From positions 84,371,920 through 84,434,376 of the forward strand of contig NC_068988.1 of assembly GCF_001194135.2 (NCBI RefSeq): DNA of 62,457 nt. The letters are read 5' to 3'. Made by a program: the position numbers and the translations under genes. Each line of letters starts with the position of its first letter. The first letter of the stretch is position 1. Under the pieces are notes generated by a model, which was not told where the DNA came from, ran no database searches, and was given only the letters and a program-made list of their open reading frames with translations. Positions 37,830-50,432 of the stretch are shown in pieces. The stretch is from Octopus bimaculoides (Eukaryota).

Positions 37830-38702
37830 CTTTTGCTATAGATTATATACACACATCTCAGTTTAGTCCCTGGTTCCATATGGAGGACTTTGAGCAGGTC
37901 AGTGTATAGGTGGAAAATTAGGCAGATGACATAGGGCTAAACATGAACTTTGAACTTTCAAGAAACAAAGTCGACTAATCCACCAAGCCGAATCCTGACC
38001 TGTATATATTAATTAGTCTAACAGCAATGATGATGATGATGATGATGATGATGATAACAGCTTGGTGTATACTCTCTGTCTATTTTCACACACATACACA
38101 TATTTATGACAATAAAACTGAAGGGAGAAAAATTCCCCTAAATTTGTTAACCTTTCATTTTTTTTTTTCTTTTCCCATTTTCTGGTTTTTACTGAATAGT
38201 AGATCTGTTATCTTTCCCCACTTTCTTTTGAAATTGAACAGTTTAGATAAAAACAACAACCTACCCTCTTCCTCTCCCCAAAAATTAAATTAACAAAATT
38301 TTTTAAAATATATTTCTTGTACCTCCCAAACATGTCCACCCCAACTCCACAGTTTCAGAAATAGGAGAGAGAAAAAACCAACAGCAAAAACAAAAAAAAA
38401 AAGAAACATTTTTAAGAATTAAGAAGCTGTGTGACTAACATATATACATACATATATATATGTGTGTGTGTATATATATACATCTATATATATATATATA
38501 GAGAGAGAGAGATAAATTATTTCAAATTCTTCAATTTGATATTAATATTATTACTATTAATATTCTTTTTTTTTTTTTTTCTATATAAATATATATAACA
38601 ATTCTAAATGAATAAAAGTTAATTTTTTTATATTTGTCTTAACATTGTTAATTGAAATGGTTTAATACTGACTTGTTTATGTTTTGCTTTTGTTCTTTTG
38701 CA

Positions 38703-38926
38703 TTTCTTTAGCATTTAAACTGGCTACATCTGACCTATATATTTTACCTGTTTTATGTTCAAACCGGTCAGATCTGGCCTATCACACCTACTCCAGAATC
38801 TCATTCTAAAATATACAGTCACATCATTGGAATCTTGAAGTTGTGAGAAAATGTATGATTAATTCAAAACAATATGACTAAATAAGCATTACATTTGACA
38901 GAGTAATCCAAACGCTAAGGAATTAA
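38703..38926. mobile_element. Uninterrupted copy of the (CC)TTTAGCATTT MITE
   Basis: Colinear with 6853-7037 plus 7591-7644; ends aaacgctaaggaattaa. Confidence 0.7.
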
Positions 38927-39691
38927 AACCACCATCCTTCAAAATATGCCATATAGTCATGGGTGATATATTACATGGAATATAATTTAAAAACAATATT
39001 TTAGTATAATAGATTCAGATAAAGAGCTTTGCTTTGCAATTATGTGACTTGGTCTCATATGGCATCTTGAGCAAGTGTCTTCCATTTGCCCTAATATTTC
39101 AAATGCCATGCAAAGGAATTTGGTAATCAGAAACTGCAGGGAAGCCCATGTGTGCATTAGGAAGGGCAACCAACTGTAGAAACCATGTCAAAGCAGACAT
39201 TGGAGCTTGGTAAAATCTTTTGGCTCGCTAGCTCCTGATTAACTGTCAAACACATGCCAGCATAGAAAATGTACATTAAATGATATGTGTGTGTTTGTAT
39301 CTCCTTGTTTTGATGTGTGACAGTTGTAAATGGGTGTCTGTTATACAAGCTCTGTCACTCATTTCCAAAATATTGTGAAAATATGTCTGACCATAGAAAA
39401 CCCGGCTTCACACCTAACTCATACAAGCATTGAAAAGTGGATTTGAAACAATGATGTGTGTGTGTGTGTGAAACTGCTTCTTTTCCACACTTGTCACTCT
39501 TTGAAATCAATGCTGATGATAATGACATTCCTTATTGATTGTACGAGTTTCAAAGGTGAGAAATAAAGAAATCGCATTTTTGAGAAACCGGTAAGGTTCA
39601 ACAGCAGAATAATTACCTAGTTGTAAAAATCCTGCATCAAATAAGTCTAACCTAACCTATGCAATCACACAAAAATGGACATTAAAAATGA

Positions 39692-39865
39692 ACGAAGCAC
39701 CCACTACACTCTCGGAGTGGTTAACGTTAGGAAGGGCATCCAGCTGTAGAAACTCTGCCAAATCAGATTGGAGCCTGGTGTAGCCATTCAGTTCACCAGT
39801 CCTCAGTCAAATCATCCAACCCATGCTAGCATGGAAAGCAGATGTTAAACGCTGATGATGATGAT
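39692..39865 (+). mobile_element. RTE 3'-UTR element, well preserved, GAT tail
   Basis: Nearly identical to 54894-55066. Confidence 0.85.
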
Positions 39866-40452
39866 TCCATTAATAAAGCAAGCACCAACTGTTTATATAA
39901 ATTTAGCTCAAATAAAATCATTTCTAGTTGATACAGAATTACAAAATACAGTTGTTAGTTAAAGTTGTGCATTTTGAGGGATAAATTGTCCTCTTACAGC
40001 CACAGTTAAAACCTCATTTTGGTTGACATTAAGTTATTATGTAAGAAATATTTCTTTTTTAAATGAAATCCCTAAAAAACATAGTTGAATCTTGATTTTC
40101 CAACTGTATATTTCCACTCTAGTATATGCACTTCTTTGTCTAAATGTATCATGGCATCCTCAACAAAAATACCCATAGATCAATATTTCTGATAATCATT
40201 GCTGCTGATGATGGTCAAAGTTTTTATATTTTCACACGTGTTTGTGGTGGGAAGAGAAAAGCATCAAAAAAATGAAACCGGATCAAAATTATTAGGTTGA
40301 TGTTCAGAGAGTGGAAAAATTAATCATATTTCAAGAATTGTCCTTTGGAATATAGATGGAGAGTAGAAAACAAAGACAAGATAAAATATAGGAAGGGGAG
40401 TTAAGGTGAAATAGCCCATGTGTTGGCTACTTTATGTGGTAGCCACTGAGTG

Positions 40453-40801
40453 TGGAGGCGCAATGGCCCAGTGGTTAGGGCAGCGGACTCACTGTCATAG
40501 GATCGTGGTTTCGATTCCCAGACCAGGTGTTGTGAGTGTTTATTGAGCGAAAACACCTAAAGCTCCACGAGGCTCAGGCAGGGGATGGTGGTGAACCCTA
40601 CTGTACTCTTTCACCACAACTTTCTCTCACTCTTACTTCCTATTTCTGTTGTGCCTGTAATTCAAAGGACCAGCCTTGTCACGCTGAATATTCCTGAGAA
40701 CTACGTTAAGGGTACACGTGTTTGTGGAGTGCTCAGCCACTTGCACATGAATTTCACGAGCAGGCTGTTCCGTTGGTCGTAAGTGACGGAGTGCCAACAA
40801 C
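40453..40801 (+). mobile_element. Full-length tRNA-derived SINE (~350 bp) with Pol III A/B boxes and TSD
   Basis: A box TGGCCCAGTGG at 40464-40474; B box GGTTTCGATTCC at 40507-40518; TSD AG(C/T)CACTGAGTG at 40441-40452 and 40802-40813. Confidence 0.85.
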
Positions 40802-42529
40802 AGTCACTGAGTGGACTAGTCAAGTCTGGTGTTCAAAGACATGAGAAAATGAAACAGTAGTGAGTTATATATGTTAGCGTGGAAGAGTAGCTTTCTGTAT
40901 GCATGATGTTTGTGCATTCCTGTGTTCACTGTCTTATTTTTGGATGTGGTATTTTCATGCTAAGCATCAACAAAATTTGGCCATATGTGTATGTGTGAGT
41001 TATGTCTGTGTGATGGAGTTTCTGTTGTTTTGAATATGTGTGTTGTACAAGTTTTCATTTAAGTATAATGTAAAATGTTGCTTCAGTGTGTGTACATGAA
41101 CATGTATGTATGTACATGTTGATGTACTTTGTGTGTTGTGTTTTCTATTCATATGGTGGGGAAGATTGTGAACTAAGATCAAAAGAACTGAATGCTTTGA
41201 GAGAATATAAACTGCTACTCTTAGCAAAACCTGGATTTCATGAGCTTGGTGTGTAAAAACCAAGCTAAACATAGACTGAAGTGCTGTGTTGAGTAATTCA
41301 GGAAATGATCAAGAGGCAAATGTTTAGTTGCCTCAAAGATACTTTGTAAATAGGTCATCCATATGGCAGCTAATTTGTCCAATATGTAAGGAGTTGCAGA
41401 AGGAGCATTTGAGGAACTGACACTGGTGGAGGTACATCATCATCATTTCAAATCTGTTTTTCTATACTGATACGAACTGAACAGTTTGATTGAATTCAAC
41501 AAGCTGCATTGAGCTTCAGTGTCAGCTGTGGAATGGTTTCTATAGCCAGATGCCCTTCCTAATACCAGCCAATTTATGGTGTGTACTGGGTGCTTTTTTT
41601 CATGCTACCAGCACTAGTGAAGCTGTCAAGTAACTTGCAATACAGAAAAAGAACAGGTAAAAAAGCTCTTGCTACTAGATGGTGGGGAGTATCTGAAAGG
41701 GGAAGGTGGCTTTATGCTAAGTGTTGAAAGACTAAAGTATGGTAGAGGGACAAGTGTATACAACAGAAATATGGAAGGTGTGGTAGTGGAGTTCATCGTT
41801 TAACGTCCATTTTCCATGCTGGCATGGGTTGGACAGTTTGATGAGAGCTGGCAAGCCAGAGAACTGCACCAGGTTCCAGTCTGATTTGGCTTGGTTTCTA
41901 CAACTGGATGCCAACCACATTATGGTGTTCATGAGAAATGGACAGGTGTCATAATAGGATTAAGCACAAGGCAGGGATCTGGGTAGTGTATAGGGAGAGA
42001 GGAAGGAACTCTGGGCCAGTTAGTTACATAGGTTGTGAACATGTTTGAAGAAAAGTGGATTATGGGAAAGGTGGAGAGTAGCAGGAGGAGATGGAAATAC
42101 TCAAGATCTTATGGCAGAGTGGTAAGAGGAAATTGGAAGAAGGGTGGGTGCAAGGAGAAGTAGCAGAAGTGTGGTTGATTTGTTGGGCATAGCTAAGAGC
42201 AGCTTTGACTGGAGTGAGGAATATTCATATCTAACAAAGAGAAGACCATGTGTTGACAGGGTCCAGTTTGTGGTTTTGGCTGCATAGATTGTGAAGATAG
42301 AACTGGGAGTAAGGGGTCGGTGAGTGGGAGGAGGAAAGTAAGTGTAAGAATGAGAGTTGGCATGCTTATAGAAGGCGGCAGTGGTATATACATATATATA
42401 CACAACGGTCTCCCTTCAGTTTCCATCTACCAAATCCACTCACAAGGCTTTGCCCTAACTGCAACAGAGTGGGACTGAATCCGGAGCCATGTAGTTGGGA
42501 AGCAAGCTTCTCAACGCAAAGCCATACCT

Positions 42530-42648
42530 GCATTTATATATATATGTACATACATGTGTATGTATATGTGTGTATATATATATACATATGTATGTATGTA
42601 TATGTGTATATATATATGTAAATATCTATATGTATATATATATGGATG

Positions 42649-42721
<73 letters not shown>

Positions 42722-42780
42722 ATACATATATGTATATGTGTATGTATATATATGTGTATGTGTGTGCATGTATATATATA

Positions 42781-42833
<53 letters not shown>

Positions 42834-42940
42834 GTATGTATATGTATATATATATGTGTATATATATATATATATATCAACATCATCATCATCGTTTAAC
42901 GTCCGCTTTCCATGCATATGTATATATATATATATATATA
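42530..42940. repeat. (TA)n/(TATG)n microsatellite with a short CAT-tailed element end embedded
   Basis: Direct reading; catcatcatcgtttaacgtccgctttccatgc at ~42880-42915. Confidence 0.9.
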
Positions 42941-43541
42941 TTTCTACTACATATTTCGAGCAATTAACAACAATATGAGGATTCAAAAAACAGTTGCTCC
43001 CGTGAACCAAAATAAATTTGGGATTTGCAGTGGGTCAAGGTTGGTAACAAAAACAGGACAGTGGAGACATACAACAAACCAAAGGAAAACAAACATGGAG
43101 GGCCATTAGGCCAGACAAGGTAAGGTAGTGAGTGCTGGAGGAATATTCTTTGACAAGAGAAAATATAGAAGTGACTGATAAAAATGTGTCTGGTCTGTGC
43201 GACAGACTGAAGGAAAAGAGAGATGATCATGTGAGGAAAAGAAAGATGGCCCATGATCACGTGTGAGCAATGAGAGAAAATAAAGGAAGAAGATGGAGAG
43301 AGAAAGAGAGACATAGAAAATGGTGAAGGGGACATACCAAAATGGTGAAGGAGACTAGAGAAAGAAAAGGGGAGAAAGGGAGAAACAAAGAATTACAGAA
43401 TGTTTTTACATATGTATGTGTATGTGTGTATATATGTATATATATATATATATATATATGAAAGAAGGTTTGAAAATGCAATTTTAAAGATGTTTATTCA
43501 CTTTACCGGTTTCACTTTTTTAGAAAAAGATTGTCAAAAGT

Positions 43542-44015
43542 AAAATATAAAGCTTTATATAAGCTTTGTAGTGTTAAGTACAGGTTGTCACAAAAGTATT
43601 GAAATACATATATACATTCTCTGATAATAATAAGAAAATGTTAAAAACAGTTTAAGTATTAAAATACATATATATATTCTTTGATAATAATAGAAAATGT
43701 TTAAAAAACAGTTTAAGTGTTAAAATACATATATACATTCTTTGCTAATAATAGGAAGAATATGTTTAAAATATAAAGCTTTGTATAAGCTTTGTAGTGT
43801 TAAGGACTTGTTGTCACAAAAGTATTAAAATACATATATACATTCTCTGATAATAATAGAAAATGTTAAGAAGCAGCTTAAGTGTTAAAATACATATATA
43901 CATTCTTTGATAATAATAATAAGAATATGTTTAAAGTATAAAGCTTTGTATAAGCATTGTAGTGTTAAGGACTGGTTGTCACAAAAATATTAAATTACAA
44001 ATATACATATATACA
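43542..44015. repeat. Two-module degenerate tandem array (A-B-B-B', A-B-B', A-b)
   Basis: Module A (aaaatataaagctttgtataagctttgtagtgttaagg...gtcacaaaagta) at 43542, 43768 and 43933; module B (~58 bp, ttaaaatacatatatacattctYtgataataat...). Confidence 0.85.
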
Positions 44016-44271
44016 TCTGCCTCAAAAATTTCATCTGACTTCTGCTAGCATGGAAAAAGTGCATATTAAAATGATGATGATTATACACATACAGAGACAC
44101 ACACAAGCATACACACTTATATGAAAGGTTCCTCACAAATTCCACTAACTGAATTCTGTACATAAGGTATGGGTCAATATGAAGCAATAAGAAAAGACAC
44201 TTGCAATGGGAAAATCACAAAATTACATGGTTTCCAAACAAACTTCTTACCCATGTACATTTTTTGTTTAA

Positions 44272-44441
44272 CCCTTTCGTTACTGTATTTATTTTGAGAT
44301 GCTCTGTATTTCTTTCAGCTAGTCTTAGGAACATAAATTGTGACTAAGGTTTGGTGGAAGATTTTAATTCAAAACTTATGAAAACAAGACATTTATACTA
44401 CAGAGCCAGAGCCAGTTTCAGTGGGGTTGGTAATGAAAGGG
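44272..44441. mobile_element. piggyBac-like MITE (170 bp)
   Basis: TTAA at 44268-44271 and 44442-44445; termini CCCTTTCGTTAC / GTAATGAAAGGG. Confidence 0.8.
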
Positions 44442-44682
44442 TTAATCAAGCAAATAACCTGAACCCTTTTCAGTTAATTCATCATTACTACCACTTACCA
44501 TCACTGTCAACATAATCATCATTTACTTATCCACTCTTCCCTGATAGTTTTTTCATCTTGGCTAGGACTTTTTTAGGTTGTGTTGTACAGCCAGATGCCC
44601 TTTCTCATGCCAACCATTTTAGTCACCTGTTACAGCAGTGATAGAGTGTGTGCTTATTGTAAAAACCAGAATACACATGCTG

Positions 44683-44749
<67 letters not shown>

Positions 44750-44890
44750 TTAACTTCTGTTTTCATTGCTGGCGTGTGAGGGATGGTTTCTCTGGCTGGA
44801 AGTCCATCTTGATACCTACCACTTTACAGAGTGAATGGGGTACTTTTAACACAGCACCAACCCCAGTGTGGTCACCAAGTAACTTACAAA
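44683..44890 (-). mobile_element. Decayed GAT-tailed element with an expanded (CAT)n tail
   Basis: (CAT)n at 44683-44749 followed by the reverse complement of the family 3' end. Confidence 0.65.
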
Positions 44891-45187
44891 GACAAGACCC
44901 CCTCAATTAAATGGGGTGTAGTATTAAGGGAGATGCTTTTATGTCAGGTGATGAGTGGTTAAGGTATGAAAGAAGGACAGAAACATGTCTTGCTGTAGAG
45001 GAGATACATGGCTACCTCAGTCGGGAAAAAGAGAAGATGGTGGTGAAGATGTGTCAGGCCATACCATCAAATTACAGGATGATAAATATTAGAGAAGTAG
45101 TACAGAGGAGTGGACAGGGAGAGTAGGTAGATAAGTTCATGAAAAGGTGATGCAGTGAGTGGTGAACACGAGTGGAGGCAGCTGTTA

Positions 45188-45906
45188 GGCAGATGAGTTG
45201 TCAGAAAGAGATTCATCAGGGACAGATTTCCTGCTGGGGTATAATCGTAAACAATACACTGTCAGGCTCTCGTTTTTGCTTAGATGGTCAGGTTTCTTGA
45301 ACATAACAAATCGCCAATCATCTTGATCCTTTCTTTTATGAGGATCCTTAGCGGTAGAGGATGATACTATGAAAGAACAATTGCTAGAATAAGAATAGGC
45401 TGAAGAAAGTTCAGTGAGTTTTAATTCTGTTTGTAACAAAAGCATCTCTCTCAAAGTAAAAAGAAGATTGTATGGTGCTTGTGCACTGGAGGTCATTCTT
45501 CACTTTGTCCTATGTCTTCCCGAACCTCTCTATCTTCTACAGGTTCCATCAGCATTTAGTGATTGTTACTTCTTTTTGTAATCATCTTTCTTGTACATAT
45601 CTGATGCCTTTTATGCCAAAATTTTTTTCTCAACATGTTTGTACTTTGTCATATATGCACAATGACATTGCATATCTAGCAGAACAGGCTAACTTCATTT
45701 CTTTCTAGCCTTCACATGTCCTCAACATTCAGGGCCCATGTTTTATTACCATTTATCATTGCTTTTTGTGCACAAGCACCATAAAATCTTCTTTTTACTT
45801 TGAGAGAGATGCTTTTGTTACAAACAGAATTAAAACTCACTGAACTTTCTTCAACCTATTCTTATTCTAGCAATTGTTCTTTCATAGTATCATCCTCTAC
45901 CGCTAA
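45188..45906. mobile_element. RTE remnant with a 138 bp inverted duplication (45348-45485 / 45769-45906)
   Basis: Arms are reverse complements with 2 mismatches and encode FVTK..KVKRRLYGAC; the spacer on the minus strand continues KTWALNVEDM*RLERNE. Confidence 0.8.
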
Positions 45907-47249
45907 TAAGGTCACCCAGGCAACAGAAACTGTCTACTACCATAGATATACACATGTGTTCTTTGAAAGAAATGAGATGCATACTCTTTGATGGATTTGA
46001 AATGACAGAGTGCATGAATAATGAAGCATAAGTAAGCCAGAGAAAGAACAATGGGCATTAGAGGAATGAAGAGAGGAATAGTATCTAAAAAGACTTTGCT
46101 TGTACAATCATATAATGCATAAGACAGACAGCATTTAGATGAAGTGTCAAGTGATCCATGTGGGAGGATACGGTAGAAGTAGAATATGTGTTAGAAATTG
46201 ATATTGCATGAAAAAATGACAAGTGACAAGACTCTGTGCTGTAACAGCCCTGTCCAACCCATGCCAACATGGAAGAAAAGAAAGAATAACATAAAAATAA
46301 TACGTTTGGACAATGATACAGATGTAGCAGGTGTACTGTTAAACAACAATACTGTTGTTACTAAACACTTATAAGCTTCTGCAACCACTGAGGAAATTTG
46401 CTCAAGGTCACTGTGTTCAAATACCTGAACATCTGCTTGAAATCATGGCTCAGATGTCATGACAATTATAAACACACACATGTACCTTCACACACACACC
46501 TAAAATTTCACTTGCTTGACAAGTGACTTGCTCTGAGACATTTGTGTTGGAAGTGAAACCCATTACAAAGTGGTAGACTCACAACAGCCATTTAAAACAT
46601 TTATTTTGTTCACTTTTGTTTTATTTCTTAATAGTGTTGAATACTATGAAATGTAGTATTAAGTCTTTTCCAGCACTGGTTGTTGCTAATGGTTACACTC
46701 CTTTGTCATCTCCTTTCTGAGGTGCAACATCTTATATTGTACTTCCTTGTTTATATTAAGGGATTTGAACTAAATGATCTTCAGATATGTTCAGATTCTT
46801 AAATATTTGTGTGATACTATGGTATGGAAGTAACTGTAGGCACCAAATAATATATTAGTCTTTTTAAGTGAGCATTGAGTACTTGAGTATTTTTACACAC
46901 AGCTGTGTGTACTTTAAGACTTCACTCTTTTGATATTCCAAGTTTTCTGTTTCCAATTTTTGCACAACAGTTGAAATTCAAATATCAGGCTTCAAGTAAT
47001 TTCAAGACTTGTATTTAATCACCATTGGTCACTTGGATTGATGTAACGTAGCAAGCTATTAATAGAGTCTGTTACTGAGGCAGCATGTACAGTTTTATTC
47101 TGTGGTTGTTGGGAGTCATAGTAAATAAATCAGTCTGCATGACAACTTGATAAAGAGTACTGTTAGAAATGCTGTCAAAATAGTGTTAATCACTGCTTAA
47201 TTTCCTTGTTCATTTATGATTATCTTATCTGCAATAGGAACAACCTTAA

Positions 47250-47800
47250 AAGACATTTCTGTTTGTCTTCTCACTTTGATATAGTTTCCTATCTCATAGT
47301 TGGCATCTTCAAAAGTTGTTATATCTTTCAACCAGTGAGTAAGAATCTTACATTAATGTAAGGTGCTGCAGTTTTGACAACAAACATAGCTATATTGGTG
47401 CTGTTGGTTTCTTTCTCATTTATGTTCCAGATATACTGTGACAGTGAGGTAGAGGTGCATTTATCTTTGGATCTGAGTGGGTGTGATGCATATACTTGTT
47501 CTTGAATGTTATTTTCAGTGAGTTTCATGAAGTTCTTCTCATTGCCATCTACTTACTCTTGTGCCTTTCTTAGATACTTACCACTGAAAGGACAAGATGT
47601 AGCATTGCTGCTGAAGTATTGTGGGTTGAGTTGATTCTTACACATGTGATTGCTGCTATTATATATAGCTATGAAAGCTGTGATGTTTTTGATGTAGCTG
47701 AAACCGTTTTTACATTACTTTTGTTGAATATCTTTTAGTATTTGTGGTTGTTGTAGAAATGTTTCCTTATTTATGTTAGGATTCCTCTGTTAGTCTTAAT
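47250..47800 (-). mobile_element. Penelope-like element GIY-YIG endonuclease remnant
   Basis: KLTENNIQEQVYASH...STSLSQYIWNINEK...VVKTAAPY resembles the PLE endonuclease pattern (GLTE.TFK.RY..H...STSLSKYIW.LK...I.WS....A.PY); boundaries approximate. Confidence 0.5.
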
Positions 47801-47945
47801 ACTAGTTGTGATCCTAGCCTAAATCCAGCTCTTAGTTTCAGTCTGTATTATCCAGAATGGTAAGCTATTTTAATCATTCAGCTTGTGTTAATTTTCTTTA
47901 AAAAGTCTTAATCATAAAAGAGAATATTTAGTTATCAAGGAAATG

Positions 47946-48905
47946 TATGAGGGTGGGCTGAAAAGTTCATAGGCTAACTATGAAGGAGTGATACTAGAGC
48001 TGTGAAGTATTGTTGAATTTCAACACTTATTAATAACTGCATTATTTTTTTCCAGGTAAACCGGCATCTGAATATTCAAAGAAGATTTCAAAAGTAACTT
48101 AGCCACGACTTCTCTTGAAAACTGACAAAATTTCACATGCTGGTGTTATCAAGTACTTCTAGAAAATTTCTAAAGGGTCTAGCCCCCAACAGCATTCATG
48201 CCAACATAGTTGCTACATTAGAAAATGATGCTCCAGCTTTATCCACAGTGCAAAAGCGGACAGCTGAATTTAGTGGGGTGGGGAACAGAGCATCTTGAAT
48301 ATGATCCAAGGTCTGGCCATCCTGCAACTGCTACCACTTAGGAAAATGTTGATAGAGTTCACCACATGGGGATGGATGATGGGTGAGTGATTATAAATCA
48401 AATTGCCAATGCTATTTGCATATCCCATGAGAGAGTTGAGAATATTCTGCACAATGAACTTGGCATGATGAACGTTTCTATTTGGTGAGTTACACCATCA
48501 ATGGAGAGTACTATGCCAATTTGCTGCAGTAGTTATAAAAGGTTATCAAGATCAAATGCCTAGGAAAGCTGATGAAAAGGATATTGTTTCATGAGAACAA
48601 TGCTACAGCACACAAGTCCTTGGTTTCAATAGCTGCTGTATGTGACTGGGCTTTGAACTGATTGATCACCCAGCATGAAAAACCCTTGGCTGGGAACTAG
48701 TATCACAGTGATGATGATATCATTTCTGTTGTTGATGACTTTTTTGACCAACAGAACCAAAGCTTTTTCATCAATAGGATCCAAGCACTGTAATACTAAT
48801 GGAAGAAGTGTGTGAATGACAAGGGGGACTCTATTGAAAAATAAACTTCATTTGCTCACATTCCATGAGAATATCTTGATCAGCTTATGAACTTCTCAGC
48901 TGTCC
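47946..48905 (+). mobile_element. Internally deleted mariner (Hsmar2/irritans-like) with both TIRs
   Basis: gagggtgggctgaaaagttcataggct / agcttatgaacttctcagc (48882-48900); HANIVATLENDAPALSTVQKRTAEF, DPRSGHPATAT and C-terminal GIQAL...WKKCV..KGD.IEK* remnants. Confidence 0.8.
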
Positions 48906-49145
48906 ATTGTGTGTTGGAATAGTGCAGACTTATGTTTGCAGTTCGTTATAATTATTAATAAAATATTTAACATAAAATAAATTTTCTGTGGAGACATGTG
49001 CTTGATTAGGTGCACAAAGATTTTGAATGCCACATAGTGACTTAGGATTTCAGAGAATTTTGCTTGAAGCATTAAAAAAGTTCTTCTCATTGATTGGGAA
49101 CAATTAGAAGGAATGTTGCCTGCGAGTGAAATTTGGTAGGTAAAA

Positions 49146-49156
49146 TCAGTGCAGAA

Positions 49157-49196
<40 letters not shown>

Positions 49197-49503
49197 NNNN
49201 NNNNNNNNNNNNNNNNNNNNNNNNNNNNNNNNNNNNNNNNNNNNNNNNNNNNNNNNNNNNNNNNNNNNNNNNNNNNNNNNNNNNNNNNNNNNNNNNNNNN
49301 NNNNNNNNNNNNNNNNNNNNNNNNNNNNNNNNNNNNNNNNNNNNNNNNNNNNNNNNNNNNNNNNNNNNNNNNNNNNNNNNNNNNNNNNNNNNNNNNNNNN
49401 NNNNNNNNNNNNNNNNNNNNNNNNNNNNNNNNNNNNNNNNNNNNNNNNNNNNNNNNNNNNNNNNNNNNNNNNNNNNNNNNNNNNNNNNNNGTGTGTGCGT
49501 GTG

Positions 49504-49547
<44 letters not shown>
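49146..49547. repeat. (GT)n microsatellite spanning N-gap 49197-49490
   Basis: Direct reading. Confidence 0.95.
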
Positions 49548-49552
<5 letters not shown>

Positions 49553-49747
49553 CTATGCATTTTGTGACATTGACATCACTTGGGTAACAGTGGTGTTTGT
49601 TTATGTTCCACAGCTCAGCAGTTTGACTTGAGAAGCTTAGCAGAAGAAAGCACCTTGTATGAAAACAAGAGTTAACATTAGGAAGGGAATTTGGAATACT
49701 ACCTTAAGGAGTTTTGTCCACCCTATGCCGGTATGAAAACTAGAAAA

Positions 49748-50432
49748 GGGTGATGATAATGATGGGTGATGATAATGATGGGTGATGATAATGATGGGTG
49801 ATGATAATGATGGGTGATGATAATGATGGGTGATGATAATGATGGGTGATGATAATGATGGGTGATGATAATGATGGGTGATNNNNNNNNNNNNNNNNNN
49901 NNNNNNNNNNNNNNNNNNNNNNNNNNNNNNNNNNNNNNNNNNNNNNNNNNNNNNNNNNNNNNNNNNNNNNNNNNNNNNNNNNNNNNNNNNNNNNNNNNNN
50001 NNNNNNNNNNNNNNNNNNNNNNNNNNNNNNNNNNNNNNNNNNNNNNNNNNNNNNNNNNNNNNNNNNNNNNNNNNNNNNNNNNNNNNNNNNNNNNNNNNNN
50101 NNNNNNNNNNNNNNNNNNNNNNNNNNNNNNNNNNNNNNNNNNNNNNNNNNNNNNNNNNNNNNNNNNNNNNNNNNNNNNNNNNNNNNNNNNNNNNNNNNNN
50201 NNNNNNNNNNNNNNNNNNNNNNNNNNNNNNNNNNNNNNNNNNNNNNNNNNNNNNNNNNNNNNNNNNNNNNNNNNNNNNNNNTGATGATAATGATGGGTGA
50301 TGATAATGATGGGTGATGATAATGATGGGTGATGATAATGATGGGTGATGATAATGATGGGTGATGATAATGATGGGTGATGATAATGATGGGTGATGAT
50401 AATGATGGGTGATGATAATGATGGGTGATGAT
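49748..50432. repeat. 16 bp minisatellite (GGGTGATGATAATGAT)n, spanning N-gap 49883-50281
   Basis: About 8.4 perfect units before the gap and about 9.4 after. Confidence 0.95.

Noticed and set aside
40453-40530. tRNA gene
   Set aside because: It has A/B boxes but no complete cloverleaf or terminator, and it continues into a SINE body with a TSD.
49748-50432. Regular repeat resembling a CRISPR array or telomere
   Set aside because: There are no unique spacers, the unit is not TTAGGG, and the context is eukaryotic; it is a plain minisatellite.
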